From Alphaproteobacteria bacterium (GTDB taxonomy: Bacteria > Pseudomonadota > Alphaproteobacteria > SP197), in the NCBI GenBank assembly GCA_964291415.2, contig OZ219917.1, positions 736,001-800,000 of the forward strand: 64,000 nt of DNA, given 5' to 3'. Under the pieces are notes generated by a model. That model had not been told where the DNA came from. It saw nothing but the letters and a program-made list of their open reading frames with translations, and did not search any database. Made by a program: the position numbers and the translations under genes. Position 1 is the first letter of the stretch. Each line of letters opens with the position of its first letter. This document shows positions 28,307 to 37,392 of the stretch, piece by piece.

Positions 28307-28344
28307 GCTGCGTTCAGGGCAGATAATCTGAAAGGAGAACTATC

Positions 28345-28530
28345 ATGTTTGGTGGAAGTCCGATCGAGTCCTGGGAAGGAGCCACCGCGATCTACAGTTA
28401 TGCCGGATCCGGCGGCGTCCATCTCTTCCTGTGGATTTCGGTCCTCCTGTGTGTCGGCACGGTCGTCGCGTCGATCATCGCGGAGAACCGTGCAGAGGCA
28501 GAAGCAAAGCGTCTGTCCGAGGAACAGTAG
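28345..28530 (+). CDS. Small single-TM hypothetical protein co-transcribed with amt
   Basis: 61 aa, strong RBS AAGGAG, one hydrophobic helix, followed by a hairpin. Confidence 0.7.
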   Translation: MFGGSPIESWEGATAIYSYAGSGGVHLFLWISVLLCVGTVVASIIAENRAEAEAKRLSEEQ

Positions 28531-28545
28531 TAACCTCTTGTTCGA

Positions 28546-28573
28546 AGGGCAGCCGGCTCCGGCCGGCTGCCCT
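28546..28573. terminator. Hairpin between convergent genes (likely bidirectional terminator)
   Basis: AGGGCAGCCGGC-TCCG-GCCGGCTGCCCT, a perfect 12-bp stem. Confidence 0.7.
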
Positions 28574-28580
28574 CCGGATT

Positions 28581-30620
28581 CTACAAGACGCCCACAAGGC
28601 GCACGGCGTCGTAGACCGCGGCGTGAATGTTGCGGCTCTCGACGGCGTCGCCGAGGCGGAAGAGCTGGAAGGCGCCCTCGGGATTGCTGCGGATCTCCTG
28701 GGGCCGGCGCTGGATCAGCGCCTCGTAGTCCACCTCCCCGCGATTGACCGAGAGGTCGCGCAGTTCGAAGTAGAGATCGTCGGCGGGAAGGGTGCCGTGC
28801 TCGATCACCACCTGATCGACCAGGCGCTCGCCGACGTCGCCCCCGGTGAATTCGCTGAACAGCGTCGCCCGCAGTCGGTTGCCCCGGCGTTCCAGTCTCG
28901 AGACCCTGGTGTTGATGGTGATGGTGACGCCGTGCTCCTGGAAGAACTCGGCATAGGGCGCATGGGTGAGCGCTCCCAGTTCGGGCGCGAACGTGCGTTC
29001 CGGCGAGACGACTTCCACCCTTGAACCGGCGTCGGCCGCCAGCCAGGCGGCCTGCATGCCCGGCTGATGGCCGTTGTCGTCGAAGACCAGAACCTCCGCT
29101 GCCGGAGCGACGGTTCCGGCAAGCAGGTCCCAGGAGCTGACGGCAAGACCGGAACCGTCGTCGAGGATCTCCTTGTTGGGTACGCCGCCCGTACAGACAA
29201 GAACGACGTCGGGGTCGAGGGCCAGCACGTCGTCCGCGCCCGCCAGCACGTTGCAGCGCACGTCGATACCCAGCCGCGTCAGGCGGGCAAGGCGCCAGTC
29301 GACGATGCCGATCAGGTCCTTGCGGTTGGGCGTGCGCGCCGCCAGGAGAATCTGGCCGCCAGGCCGGTTCGCCGCCTCCAGCACGACCACGTCGTGGCCG
29401 CGTTCGCCGGCGACGCGGGCGGCCTCCAGGCCGGCCGGTCCGGCGCCCACCACGACGATGCGCCGTCGAGGTCCCGAACGCGGTTCCACCAGCTGCGGCA
29501 GCGAGGCTTCGCGGCCCGTCGACGGATTATGAACACAGAGAGCGCCGGTTCCCGCATAGACGCTCTCGAGGCAGTAGGTGGCGCCGACACAGGGCCGGAT
29601 GTCGTCCTCGCGACCCTCGACGATGCGGTTGACGATATGGGGATCGGCGATGTGCGCCCGGGTCATGCCCACCATGTCGAGCTGGCCGGCGGCGATGGCG
29701 TGGCGTGCCGTGGCGATGTCGGCAATCTTGTTGGCGTGGAAGACCGGAAAGCGTGTCTCGGCGCGGATGCCGCCGGCAAACTCGAGGTGGGGAGAGGCCG
29801 CCATGCCGGCCACCGGAATGATGTCGGTGAGGGCCCGGTCGTGGTCGATGTGGCCCTTGATGACGTTCAGGAAGTCGATCTTGCCCGTGGCGATGAAGCG
29901 CCGGGCGATCTCGAGGCCGGCGGCGCGCCCGTAGCCCTTGCGCCAGTCTTCGTCCAGGGACATGCGGAGGCCGACGATGAAGTCGGGGCCGACGGCGCTG
30001 CGCACCTCGCCCAGCACCGCCATGGCAAAGCGCAACCGGTTGTCGAGACTGCCGCCCCACTGATCGCCGCGCCGGTTGGTGGCGGGAGACCAGAACTGGT
30101 CCATCAGGTGGCCGTAGGCCTCGAACTCGATGCCGTCGAGTCCCGCGTCGGCCATGCGCGCGGCGGCCAGTCCGTAGTCCCGCACGACCCTCTCGATGTC
30201 CCAGTCCTCCATTTCCTTGGGAAACGCGCGGTGGGCCGGTTCGCGCACCATGGAGGGCGCCAGGACGGGGAGCCAGTGCTCCTTGTTCCAGTTGGTGCGC
30301 CGGCCGAGATGGGTGAGCTGGATCATCACCGCCGTGCCATGGTCGTGGCAGGCTTCCGTGAGCCGGCGCAGGCCTGACACCACCTCGTCCTTCCACGCCT
30401 GGACGTTCATGAAGGCCTGGGCCGAATCCTTCGAGACCACGGTGGAGCCGGCGATCATGGTGAGAGCGATGCCGCCCCTTGCCTTCTCCTCGTGGTAGCG
30501 CACGTAGCGCTCTCCCACGAGACCGTCCTCGGTGTAGCCGGGCTCATGGGCCGTCGACATGATCCGGTTCTTCAACGTGAGATGCTTCAGACGGTAGGGC
30601 TGGAGCAGGGGGTCATTCAT
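28581..30620 (-). CDS. NADH:flavin oxidoreductase (OYE + Fe-S + FAD), N-methylproline demethylase-like
   Basis: DPLLQPY.LKHLTLKNRIMST.HEP, QFWSP.TN.R.D.WGG, RPCVGA.YC...C and VVGAGPAGLEAA. Confidence 0.88.
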   Translation of the reverse strand: MNDPLLQPYRLKHLTLKNRIMSTAHEPGYTEDGLVGERYVRYHEEKARGGIALTMIAGSTVVSKDSAQAFMNVQAWKDEVVSGLRRLTEACHDHGTAVMIQLTHLGRRTNWNKEHWLPVLAPSMVREPAHRAFPKEMEDWDIERVVRDYGLAAARMADAGLDGIEFEAYGHLMDQFWSPATNRRGDQWGGSLDNRLRFAMAVLGEVRSAVGPDFIVGLRMSLDEDWRKGYGRAAGLEIARRFIATGKIDFLNVIKGHIDHDRALTDIIPVAGMAASPHLEFAGGIRAETRFPVFHANKIADIATARHAIAAGQLDMVGMTRAHIADPHIVNRIVEGREDDIRPCVGATYCLESVYAGTGALCVHNPSTGREASLPQLVEPRSGPRRRIVVVGAGPAGLEAARVAGERGHDVVVLEAANRPGGQILLAARTPNRKDLIGIVDWRLARLTRLGIDVRCNVLAGADDVLALDPDVVLVCTGGVPNKEILDDGSGLAVSSWDLLAGTVAPAAEVLVFDDNGHQPGMQAAWLAADAGSRVEVVSPERTFAPELGALTHAPYAEFFQEHGVTITINTRVSRLERRGNRLRATLFSEFTGGDVGERLVDQVVIEHGTLPADDLYFELRDLSVNRGEVDYEALIQRRPQEIRSNPEGAFQLFRLGDAVESRNIHAAVYDAVRLVGVL

Positions 30621-31137
30621 GGGCCTGGATCCACGCAATCCATCATGCATAGCACACTTCGCGAAGCGGTTGATCTGGCGGGATATCCTGGCGCACGTGG
30701 AGCAGGGCACCCCCTCTCCCGGCACGAATCGTCGCCCGTCAGTCAACCGACCGCGGACGGACACGTGTCAAGTTGCAGGGGGAACGGAACAACGGTCGTC
30801 CACGTGCGTCGATCCTGCATCCATGGTGACGGGGACATGGTGGACAGCACTTCCAGGCGGTTTTCGACCTGCGGCACGATTTTGAATGCTGTTTCGATTG
30901 TCGTGACTGTTTTTCGACGGGCCCAGAAAGGCCCCGGTTCCTTCCGACCGATGGAACCGGGTCGCGAAGCGCCCCGGCATTCCGCGATCGCCGTGCCGGT
31001 CACAGAGATCGGGCGAACGACATCCCGAGTTAACCGGCAAGGTGGCAGCGGGCTCGCTGCCCGTGCCTCACCCGAGATTGCCGTGCGCCCTTTCTTCGCC
31101 CAGACTTGCGCGCCAGAGCCAGGGAAGAGGATGGACC

Positions 31138-31914
31138 ATGGGTGGACGGCTTGACGGGAAAACCGCGCTTGTCACCGGGGGCGGACGCGGTATCGGTGCC
31201 GGCATCGCCAGGGTTTTCGCGGCGGAAGGCGCGCGGATCGTGATCGCGACGCGCACTGTTGGTCGAGGAGAGGCGGTGGCCCGCGGGATCTCGAAGGCTG
31301 GTGGAGAGGCCTGGGCGATGGCGACCGATGTCGCCGACGCGGATCAGGTCAGAACCATGATCGCCGAGGCCCGCAAACGCCTCGGCGTGATCGACATCGT
31401 CGCCCACAACGCCGGCGTTTTCCCGTCATCGACGATCGCCAGAATGAAGGAAGCCGAGTGGGATCACGTGCTCGACACGAACCTCAAGAGCCTCTTTCTG
31501 ATTGCGAAGGCCGTTCTCCCCCACATGGTTCGCCGCCATTACGGGCGGATCGTCGTGACGTCATCGATCTCAGGTCCGCGGGTGGCCATGCCCGGATGGA
31601 GCCACTACTGCGCTTCGAAGGCCGGTGTGAACGGATTCATCAAGGCCGCGGCCCTGGAAGTCGCCCGGCAAGGCATCACGATCAACGCCGTCGAACCCGG
31701 CAACATCCTCATCCGCCGCCCCGGGTCCCGCGAGGCCAGGGAGCATGAGGACGCGATGGTTCCCGCCATTCCCATGGGAGAACTCGGCACGCCCGAGGAT
31801 ATCGCCCATGCAGCACTTTACCTCGCCAGCGACGAAGCGCGTTACGTGACCGGCCAGACCATCGTCGTCGACGGCGGCCAGGTCCTTCCCGAAAGCCAGG
31901 CCGGAGTGCTTTAG
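31138..31914 (+). CDS. SDR oxidoreductase (FabG-like)
   Basis: TGGGRGIG, HNAG, SS, YCASK and GQTIVVDGG. Confidence 0.92.
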   Translation: MGGRLDGKTALVTGGGRGIGAGIARVFAAEGARIVIATRTVGRGEAVARGISKAGGEAWAMATDVADADQVRTMIAEARKRLGVIDIVAHNAGVFPSSTIARMKEAEWDHVLDTNLKSLFLIAKAVLPHMVRRHYGRIVVTSSISGPRVAMPGWSHYCASKAGVNGFIKAAALEVARQGITINAVEPGNILIRRPGSREAREHEDAMVPAIPMGELGTPEDIAHAALYLASDEARYVTGQTIVVDGGQVLPESQAGVL

Positions 31915-31979
31915 CACGGCATCCGCCACGAACGCAGACAGCGGCCGCTCTGATCCTGGCCCTCAGCCGAACCTGACCG

Positions 31980-32008
31980 GTGACCATGGATGTCGGCTTC
32001 TACTACAT
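31980..32008 (+). promoter_or_regulatory. Putative sigma70 promoter for the candidate ncRNA
   Basis: GTGACC-17 nt-CTACAT; the -10 resembles the alphaproteobacterial CTANAT form. Confidence 0.35.
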
Positions 32009-32014
32009 GTCCAA

Positions 32015-32549
32015 CGCCGCTGGGCGCCTTGTCGCGCGTCACACGGTTGCGGCGGGCATGACGGCCATGAGCCGGGTATTCGCCGGCACGCTCAGCCGCC
32101 GCGCCGACATGGGAGGGGAACGGAAGAATGAAACCGATGCGCGAGGTTGAAGTGCCGGAAGCCGGGTTTGTGTTCCGGAACCAGGAGCTCCGGCCCGAAA
32201 GGCGGCGCACGGCTGGTATCGATGCAGGGAACTCGGAAGGCCCGGTCGATCCGGCGTTTCCGCCCTGGATCGGAGCGCAACGGGAGCCTGACGGCAGACG
32301 ATGCGGTGGTGCGCGACGTTGAAGGCCTGCAGGAAGGGCAATCGGTCAGGGTCGGCGCTGACGCTGGCTGCGGAGACGCCCGATCCTTGAGGTCGGCAGG
32401 GATCCTGACTAAAGTGTTCCGCGAACGTTTGCGAGGTTGATCGGCATGACAGCGACAACCGTAGTCTTGGGAGCTTGGCGCTTGGACCGGTAACGGACTC
32501 CAAACCGAGACCCTGTGCGCCTCCGACCATGATCGGGGGCGTTTTTTTT
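32015..32549 (+). ncRNA. Candidate large structured non-coding RNA (ROOL-like by recollection, unverified)
   Basis: No credible ORF. Many nested helices and GNRA loops, a long-range helix 32204-32212/32513-32521, and an intrinsic terminator at the end. Confidence 0.55.
32518..32549 (+). terminator. Rho-independent terminator
   Basis: CGCCTCCGA-ccatga-TCGGGGGCG followed by T8. Confidence 0.85.
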
Positions 32550-32594
32550 GCCTGCTCTGACGCTTGTCCTGCGATCCGGAATGAAACGAGACAG

Positions 32595-33806
32595 ATGCCA
32601 CAAGACAATCCGAATGCACCAAGGTTCATGACGCTGATTGTGCTGAGTGGCCTGTCGGTCCTCTCGCTCAACATGTTCCTGCCGTCGCTGTCGAACATCG
32701 CGACGGACTTTGCAGCGCCCTACGCTCTCGTCAATCTGGCCATTGCCGGCTACGCAGGGGCTACCGTGGCCCTGCAGCTGATCGCCGGTCCGTTGTCCGA
32801 CCGTTTTGGCCGGCGGCCTGTGATGTTGGCCGCGCTGTTCATTTTCTGCCTGGCCTCATGCGGCTGCCTGTTGGCCAGCGATGTCTGGACCTTCCTGCTG
32901 TTTCGCATGATTCAGGCGGCCATCATTTCAGGCTACACGGTGTCGCTCGCCATCGTCAGGGATACCGCCGGCTCGCAGCGCGCGGCGAGTCTGATCGGCT
33001 ATCTGGCCATGGCCTGGGCCGTGGCGCCGATGCTGGGACCGATGCTCGGCGGCCTCCTGGACGAACTCTTCGGCTGGCGCGCCAACTTCTGGGCTTTCCT
33101 GGGATTCGGCACACTTGCCCTGGCCCTTTGCTGGATCGACCTGCGCGAAACCAATCAGTCACCTTGCGAGACGCTGACAAGGCAGTTCCGGGCCTATCCC
33201 GAACTGCTGCGCTCGCACCGCTTCTGGGGTTATGCGCTCTGCATGGCCTTCTCGACCGGCGGCTTCTACGCCTTTCTCAGCGGCGCGCCCCTGGTTGCCA
33301 GCGCGCTGTTCGATGTGCCCCCTGCGCTGCTTGGAGTGTACATCGGGAGCATCACGGCAGGATTTGTGCTCGGCAGCTATCTTTCCGGCCGCCTTGCCGC
33401 GCGACATTCGCTCACCTCCATGATGCTGGGCGGGCGGGTCGTCGCCTGTCTCGGCCTGACCCTCGGGCTGTTGGTCCTGGCATTGGGTGTCGTGCATGAG
33501 GTGACCCTGTTCGGTGCGTGCATGTGCGTCGGCATCGGCAATGGCATCACCATGCCGAGCGCCAGTTCCGGCGCCATGTCGGTGCGACCGACCCTGGCCG
33601 GAAGCGCCTCGGGCCTGTCCGGCGCGCTGACCGTGGCGGTGGGAGCGGCAATCGCGGCGGTCACCGGAGCCGTCTTGACGGCGCACAATGCGGCCTACGG
33701 GTTGCTCGGCATGATGCTGCTGTCTTCAGCCTTGGGTTTGGCAGCCGCACTTCACGTGCTGTGGCTGGATCGTTCGGAAGCACGGCGGCGCCAATCGATC
33801 GCCTGA
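32595..33806 (+). CDS. Bcr/CflA family MFS efflux transporter
   Basis: 'LNMFLPSL', GPLSDRFGRRPV, 'P.LGP.LGG.L...FGWR' and 'ET' loop; about 12 TM segments. Confidence 0.92.
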   Translation: MPQDNPNAPRFMTLIVLSGLSVLSLNMFLPSLSNIATDFAAPYALVNLAIAGYAGATVALQLIAGPLSDRFGRRPVMLAALFIFCLASCGCLLASDVWTFLLFRMIQAAIISGYTVSLAIVRDTAGSQRAASLIGYLAMAWAVAPMLGPMLGGLLDELFGWRANFWAFLGFGTLALALCWIDLRETNQSPCETLTRQFRAYPELLRSHRFWGYALCMAFSTGGFYAFLSGAPLVASALFDVPPALLGVYIGSITAGFVLGSYLSGRLAARHSLTSMMLGGRVVACLGLTLGLLVLALGVVHEVTLFGACMCVGIGNGITMPSASSGAMSVRPTLAGSASGLSGALTVAVGAAIAAVTGAVLTAHNAAYGLLGMMLLSSALGLAAALHVLWLDRSEARRRQSIA

Positions 33807-33828
33807 CGCACCGGAACGCCATCGGGTC

Positions 33829-33873
33829 TCAGGCGGGCGGAAGCACAAGCGGCGCGGAACTGTCGACGATCAC
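33829..33873 (-). pseudogene. vapC remnant (first PIN strand only)
   Basis: GTG overlapping the vapB stop reads VIVDSSAPLVLPPA*, matching the 'MIVDSSA' start of VapC toxins. Confidence 0.55.
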
Positions 33874-34127
33874 CTGGGCAGACCCTGATCATCATGGAGC
33901 AGGTCACCATGTTCGACAGACGGCCGCCCGGGCCCCATGAGTTTCGCACAACGCTCCGCGATGGCGCGAAGTTCCCCGGCCCGGGCTTCCACGCTGCGGC
34001 GACGTTGCTCACGTTCCAGACGTTCGCGCAGTGCGACAGTTGTCGCGTGCGTCATGGTCTCTCCAGTCAACGTGGCGAACTCTCTGGCCAGCGAGCACGT
34101 CTCGCTGTTCTTGATGTTCGGGCCCAT
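33870..34127 (-). CDS. vapB: VapB antitoxin (Rv0623-like)
   Basis: NIKNSET..LA.E.A.LTGETMT.A..VALRERL...DLL.DD.GLP*. Confidence 0.8.
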   Translation of the reverse strand: MGPNIKNSETCSLAREFATLTGETMTHATTVALRERLEREQRRRSVEARAGELRAIAERCAKLMGPGRPSVEHGDLLHDDQGLPR

Positions 34128-34495
34128 CGCTCTTCCTGGTAGAACAGTTATGATCTGTCCACCATGTGCATTTTCGTTAGCCGTTTCAACGCCGGCCAGC
34201 GGGGTCATGTTACCGTGGCGGGTGTTTGTGCGTCGTGGGTCGCCAACGCCGCACCGCATCCCGTCAGACCCGCCTTGGTCTCGGTTCGACGGGACGTTGA
34301 CTGGTTACGCCGCCAACGGTGCGATGTCCGCCCGGTTGCACGATGCTCCGGTAACGAGCGCCCTCGATGAGCGGCGCGACGCATCGTCTGATGGAGGGCG
34401 CCATGCTATGTTGGCGTGCACTTCTGCAGGGCCTTCCAGGACCACGCCGGTGGTTCGCGAGGGCATGCCAGGGCTGACGGGAGAGAGACCGGACG

Positions 34496-35824
34496 ATGCC
34501 GGATGCACGCAGGATCGGGATACTGCCGGTCAACGACACGACCAACGGCTGGAGCCGCATTCTCGGGCCACGGACGCCGCGTTCGGCACTTGCCGGGGAT
34601 GTGGTGGCCGACTGGGTGGTCGTGGGGGCGGGATGGGCCGGGCTGGCGGCGGCGCGGCGTCTCGCCGAAAACAGGCCGGACGACAGCATTGTCCTTCTCG
34701 AGGCGGACGAGGCGGGGGAGAACGCGTCGGGACGCAACAGCGGCTTTGCCATCGACCTTCCCCACAACGTCGGCGATTCGCTGGCCGAACTCGAGGGCAG
34801 CCATCGCTTCATGGCCCTGGCGCGGGCCGCCATCGATCACCTCGAGGAGGCCGTGAGATGTCACGGCATCGATTGCGACTGGAGCCGGCGAGGCAAGTAT
34901 CACGCCGCCCGTTCGCAGAGGGGAAAGGGGGAGATTCTCGAGCCCTTCGCCCGGGAACTCGAGGCGCTCGGCGAGCCTTTCCGCTGGCTGGAGCGGGACG
35001 CGCTTGCGGGCGAGGTCGGGACACCGGCCTTCCACGCGGCGGTCTATACGCCGGGCTGCGTCCTCTTCAATCCGGCGGCGCTGACCCGCGGCCTGGCCGA
35101 TCACCTTCCCGAGGGGGTCAGCCTCTACGAGAACACGCCCGTCACGTCGTTGACGTTGCGAAACGGCGTGGAACTCGCGACACCGGGGGGCAACGTGCGG
35201 GCGGCGCGCATGATTCTCGCCACCAACGGCTTTGCCCGCGAGTTCGGGTTCTTCCGGCGCCATCTCGTGCCGATTGCCGCCCATGCCAGCCTGACGCGCC
35301 CCTTGAACGAGGCGGAGCGGCAGGCGCTCGGGGGCGAGGACGACTGGGGGATCACGCCGGCCAATGCCATTGCCGGCGTCACCATGCGGTTCACCAGGGA
35401 TCACCGCATCCTGATTCGCCAGGGGTTCCGCTACGCACCGGAGTTCCGGATTGCCGGATCGGAGCAGTTGGCGGCACGGCGCGACCACGAGGCCTGTTTC
35501 CGGTCCCGGTTTCCCATGCTCGGCGACGTCACGATGGAGCATACCTGGACCGGGTTCATCTGCCTCTCGCGCAACGGTGCGCCGGGCTTTGGCCAGGTCG
35601 CCGGCAACGTGTGGGCCGCCGTTTGCCAGAACGCGGTCGGCGTCACCAAGGGCACCATCGGCGGGCTGCTCGCCGCCGACATGGCGAGCGGGCGCGACAA
35701 CGATCTCATCTCCTACATGGAGAGTCTCGGGACTCCCCGGGCGCTGCCCCCTGCCTTCCTCACGCGTCTCGGCGTCACGCTGCGCCTGGCCGGAGAAGTC
35801 TGGTTCAACCGGCACGAGAAGTAG
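34496..35824 (+). CDS. FAD-dependent oxidoreductase (DAO family, PuuB-like amine oxidase)
   Basis: VVGAGWAGL, GENASGRNSG, LYENTPV, ILATNG and TWTG. Confidence 0.88.
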   Translation: MPDARRIGILPVNDTTNGWSRILGPRTPRSALAGDVVADWVVVGAGWAGLAAARRLAENRPDDSIVLLEADEAGENASGRNSGFAIDLPHNVGDSLAELEGSHRFMALARAAIDHLEEAVRCHGIDCDWSRRGKYHAARSQRGKGEILEPFARELEALGEPFRWLERDALAGEVGTPAFHAAVYTPGCVLFNPAALTRGLADHLPEGVSLYENTPVTSLTLRNGVELATPGGNVRAARMILATNGFAREFGFFRRHLVPIAAHASLTRPLNEAERQALGGEDDWGITPANAIAGVTMRFTRDHRILIRQGFRYAPEFRIAGSEQLAARRDHEACFRSRFPMLGDVTMEHTWTGFICLSRNGAPGFGQVAGNVWAAVCQNAVGVTKGTIGGLLAADMASGRDNDLISYMESLGTPRALPPAFLTRLGVTLRLAGEVWFNRHEK

Positions 35825-35836
35825 GGAGGCGGCCTC

Positions 35837-36931
35837 TCACTCGATGCTTTCCAGGAGCGTCCCGACACGCCCGTATTCGCTCGTCGACGGCTCGAAGAGG
35901 TCCCTGAGGCGCGTCCAACGCTCGCGGGCCCTCGCGGCATCGCCCTCGATCGCCGCCGCGAGACCGGTGACGTAGAGGGCATGGGGGTTGTCGGGACGGG
36001 TTTCGAGGACCCCTTCCATGTCGGCAAGGACGCTGGCGGACACACCTGTTGTCCGGTCGACGGGCGCGGCGACCGCGGCCGCGAAGCCGTCCACGAGGTC
36101 AGAGTCACCGGGAGCGAGTTCGAGGGCGCGCTCGTAGGCCAGACGGGCCTTCGGCCAGTCCTCCAGCACGGTGTAGGAGTGGGCGAGGCGCTTCCATCCC
36201 TCGAGATCGTCCGGCTCGTCCTCGAGCCGCCGGGCAAGGCCCTCGACCATGCCCGTGATCATGGCCTGGGTGTCGTCTCCGGAGTCACCTGCCGATCCCC
36301 CTGCATCCGAGATGTGACGGCGCAGTTCACCCATCCAGGGCGCGTCCGCGGGTGAATCGTCGAGAAGATCGCGCCAGACAACCAGAGCTCCGCCCGTATC
36401 GCCGGCCTGCGCCAGGGCAACGCCGCCGTAGAAGCGCGCCACCGGCTGACTGGCGTCGATGCCGAGGGACCGTGCGAACAGGAGCCGGGCTGCAGGAGTC
36501 ACGAGTCCGCCGTGGGCGAGCACGATGAACTCGCCCTGCCGGGCGAGAAGTTCCGCATTGCCGGGATCCAGGACCGCCGCCTCGGCCATGGCGAGTGCCG
36601 CTTCGCCGTAGCGTCTGGAGAGACCCTGGGCATTGGCGATCCAGATCCAGGCATCGATATCCGTCGGCTCCTCGGCCAGGCGGCTCCGGGCGCGCTCCAG
36701 GTGAGCGGCAAGTTCGGGGTCGCTGCTGGCGACATCGCGACCGGCAAGGGGCTGGTCGGCCAGTTGCGGCGATCCGATTGCGGCATAGATGGCGATCGCT
36801 CCGGCGATGACGGCGAAGGAGACCGCGACGACCAGGCCGCGGCGTCGCAGACCGTCGCCCCGGGAGAGAAGGGGCAGTGCCAGCAGGACGAGGGCCGCCA
36901 CGATGATGTTGGCGAACGCCAGGTGGATCAT
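35837..36931 (-). CDS. ccmI: Cytochrome c maturation TPR protein CcmI/CycH
   Basis: 'Y...GSP.L.DQPL..R', TPR repeats, 'MI..MV..LA.RL...P.D.EGW.RL..SY.VL'; follows ccmH. Confidence 0.82.
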   Translation of the reverse strand: MIHLAFANIIVAALVLLALPLLSRGDGLRRRGLVVAVSFAVIAGAIAIYAAIGSPQLADQPLAGRDVASSDPELAAHLERARSRLAEEPTDIDAWIWIANAQGLSRRYGEAALAMAEAAVLDPGNAELLARQGEFIVLAHGGLVTPAARLLFARSLGIDASQPVARFYGGVALAQAGDTGGALVVWRDLLDDSPADAPWMGELRRHISDAGGSAGDSGDDTQAMITGMVEGLARRLEDEPDDLEGWKRLAHSYTVLEDWPKARLAYERALELAPGDSDLVDGFAAAVAAPVDRTTGVSASVLADMEGVLETRPDNPHALYVTGLAAAIEGDAARARERWTRLRDLFEPSTSEYGRVGTLLESIE

Positions 36932-37392
36932 GGCCCGTCCCCGTTCCCCGCATGCCGGTTGCGGCGCAGGGCGAAGAAGACCACCAGGGCGCCTGCCGCG
37001 AGCGCCGCCAGCGGTGCTCCCCAGAGTATGATCGTGTCACCGCGCAGCGGCGGCTTGAGGAGGACGTAGTCGCCGTAGCGCTCGACGATCCAGGCGACGG
37101 CCGCCTCGTCGCTGTCTCCCGCCTCGATACGCTGGCGCAGGATCACCCTCAGATCACGCGCCAGGGGCGCATCGGAATCCTCGATCGACTGGTTCTGGCA
37201 GACCAGGCAGCGCAGTTCGCGCCCCAGATCACGGGCCCGGGCTTCCATGGCGGGGTCGGCGAGGATCTCGTCCGGCTCCACGGCGTGGAGAGGCTCCACC
37301 GCGGTGAGGAGCAGCAGGCCGGAAAGAATGAGGGGGCGCAGCACGGCACGCCAGCCGGCCCCGCAAGTCCGGCGTCGCTGACCGCCGGTCAT
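36928..37392 (-). CDS. ccmH: Cytochrome c biogenesis protein CcmH/CycL
   Basis: LRCLVCQNQSIEDSDA.LA.DLR and RYGDYVLLKPP. Confidence 0.95.
   Translation of the reverse strand: MTGGQRRRTCGAGWRAVLRPLILSGLLLLTAVEPLHAVEPDEILADPAMEARARDLGRELRCLVCQNQSIEDSDAPLARDLRVILRQRIEAGDSDEAAVAWIVERYGDYVLLKPPLRGDTIILWGAPLAALAAGALVVFFALRRNRHAGNGDGP

Noticed and set aside
32505-32549. Permuted tmRNA junction (CGCCTCC..ACCA...GGGGGCG)
   Set aside because: There is no T-arm upstream, and GGGGGCG is followed by T8 instead of the tmRNA D-loop. An intrinsic terminator fits better.
32015-32549. RNase P RNA, cobalamin riboswitch or group II intron as the identity of the structured region
   Set aside because: I could not find GAGGAAAGTCC/AACAGAA..CGGCTTA, the B12-box/CCCGCAACTGT, or a domain V consensus.
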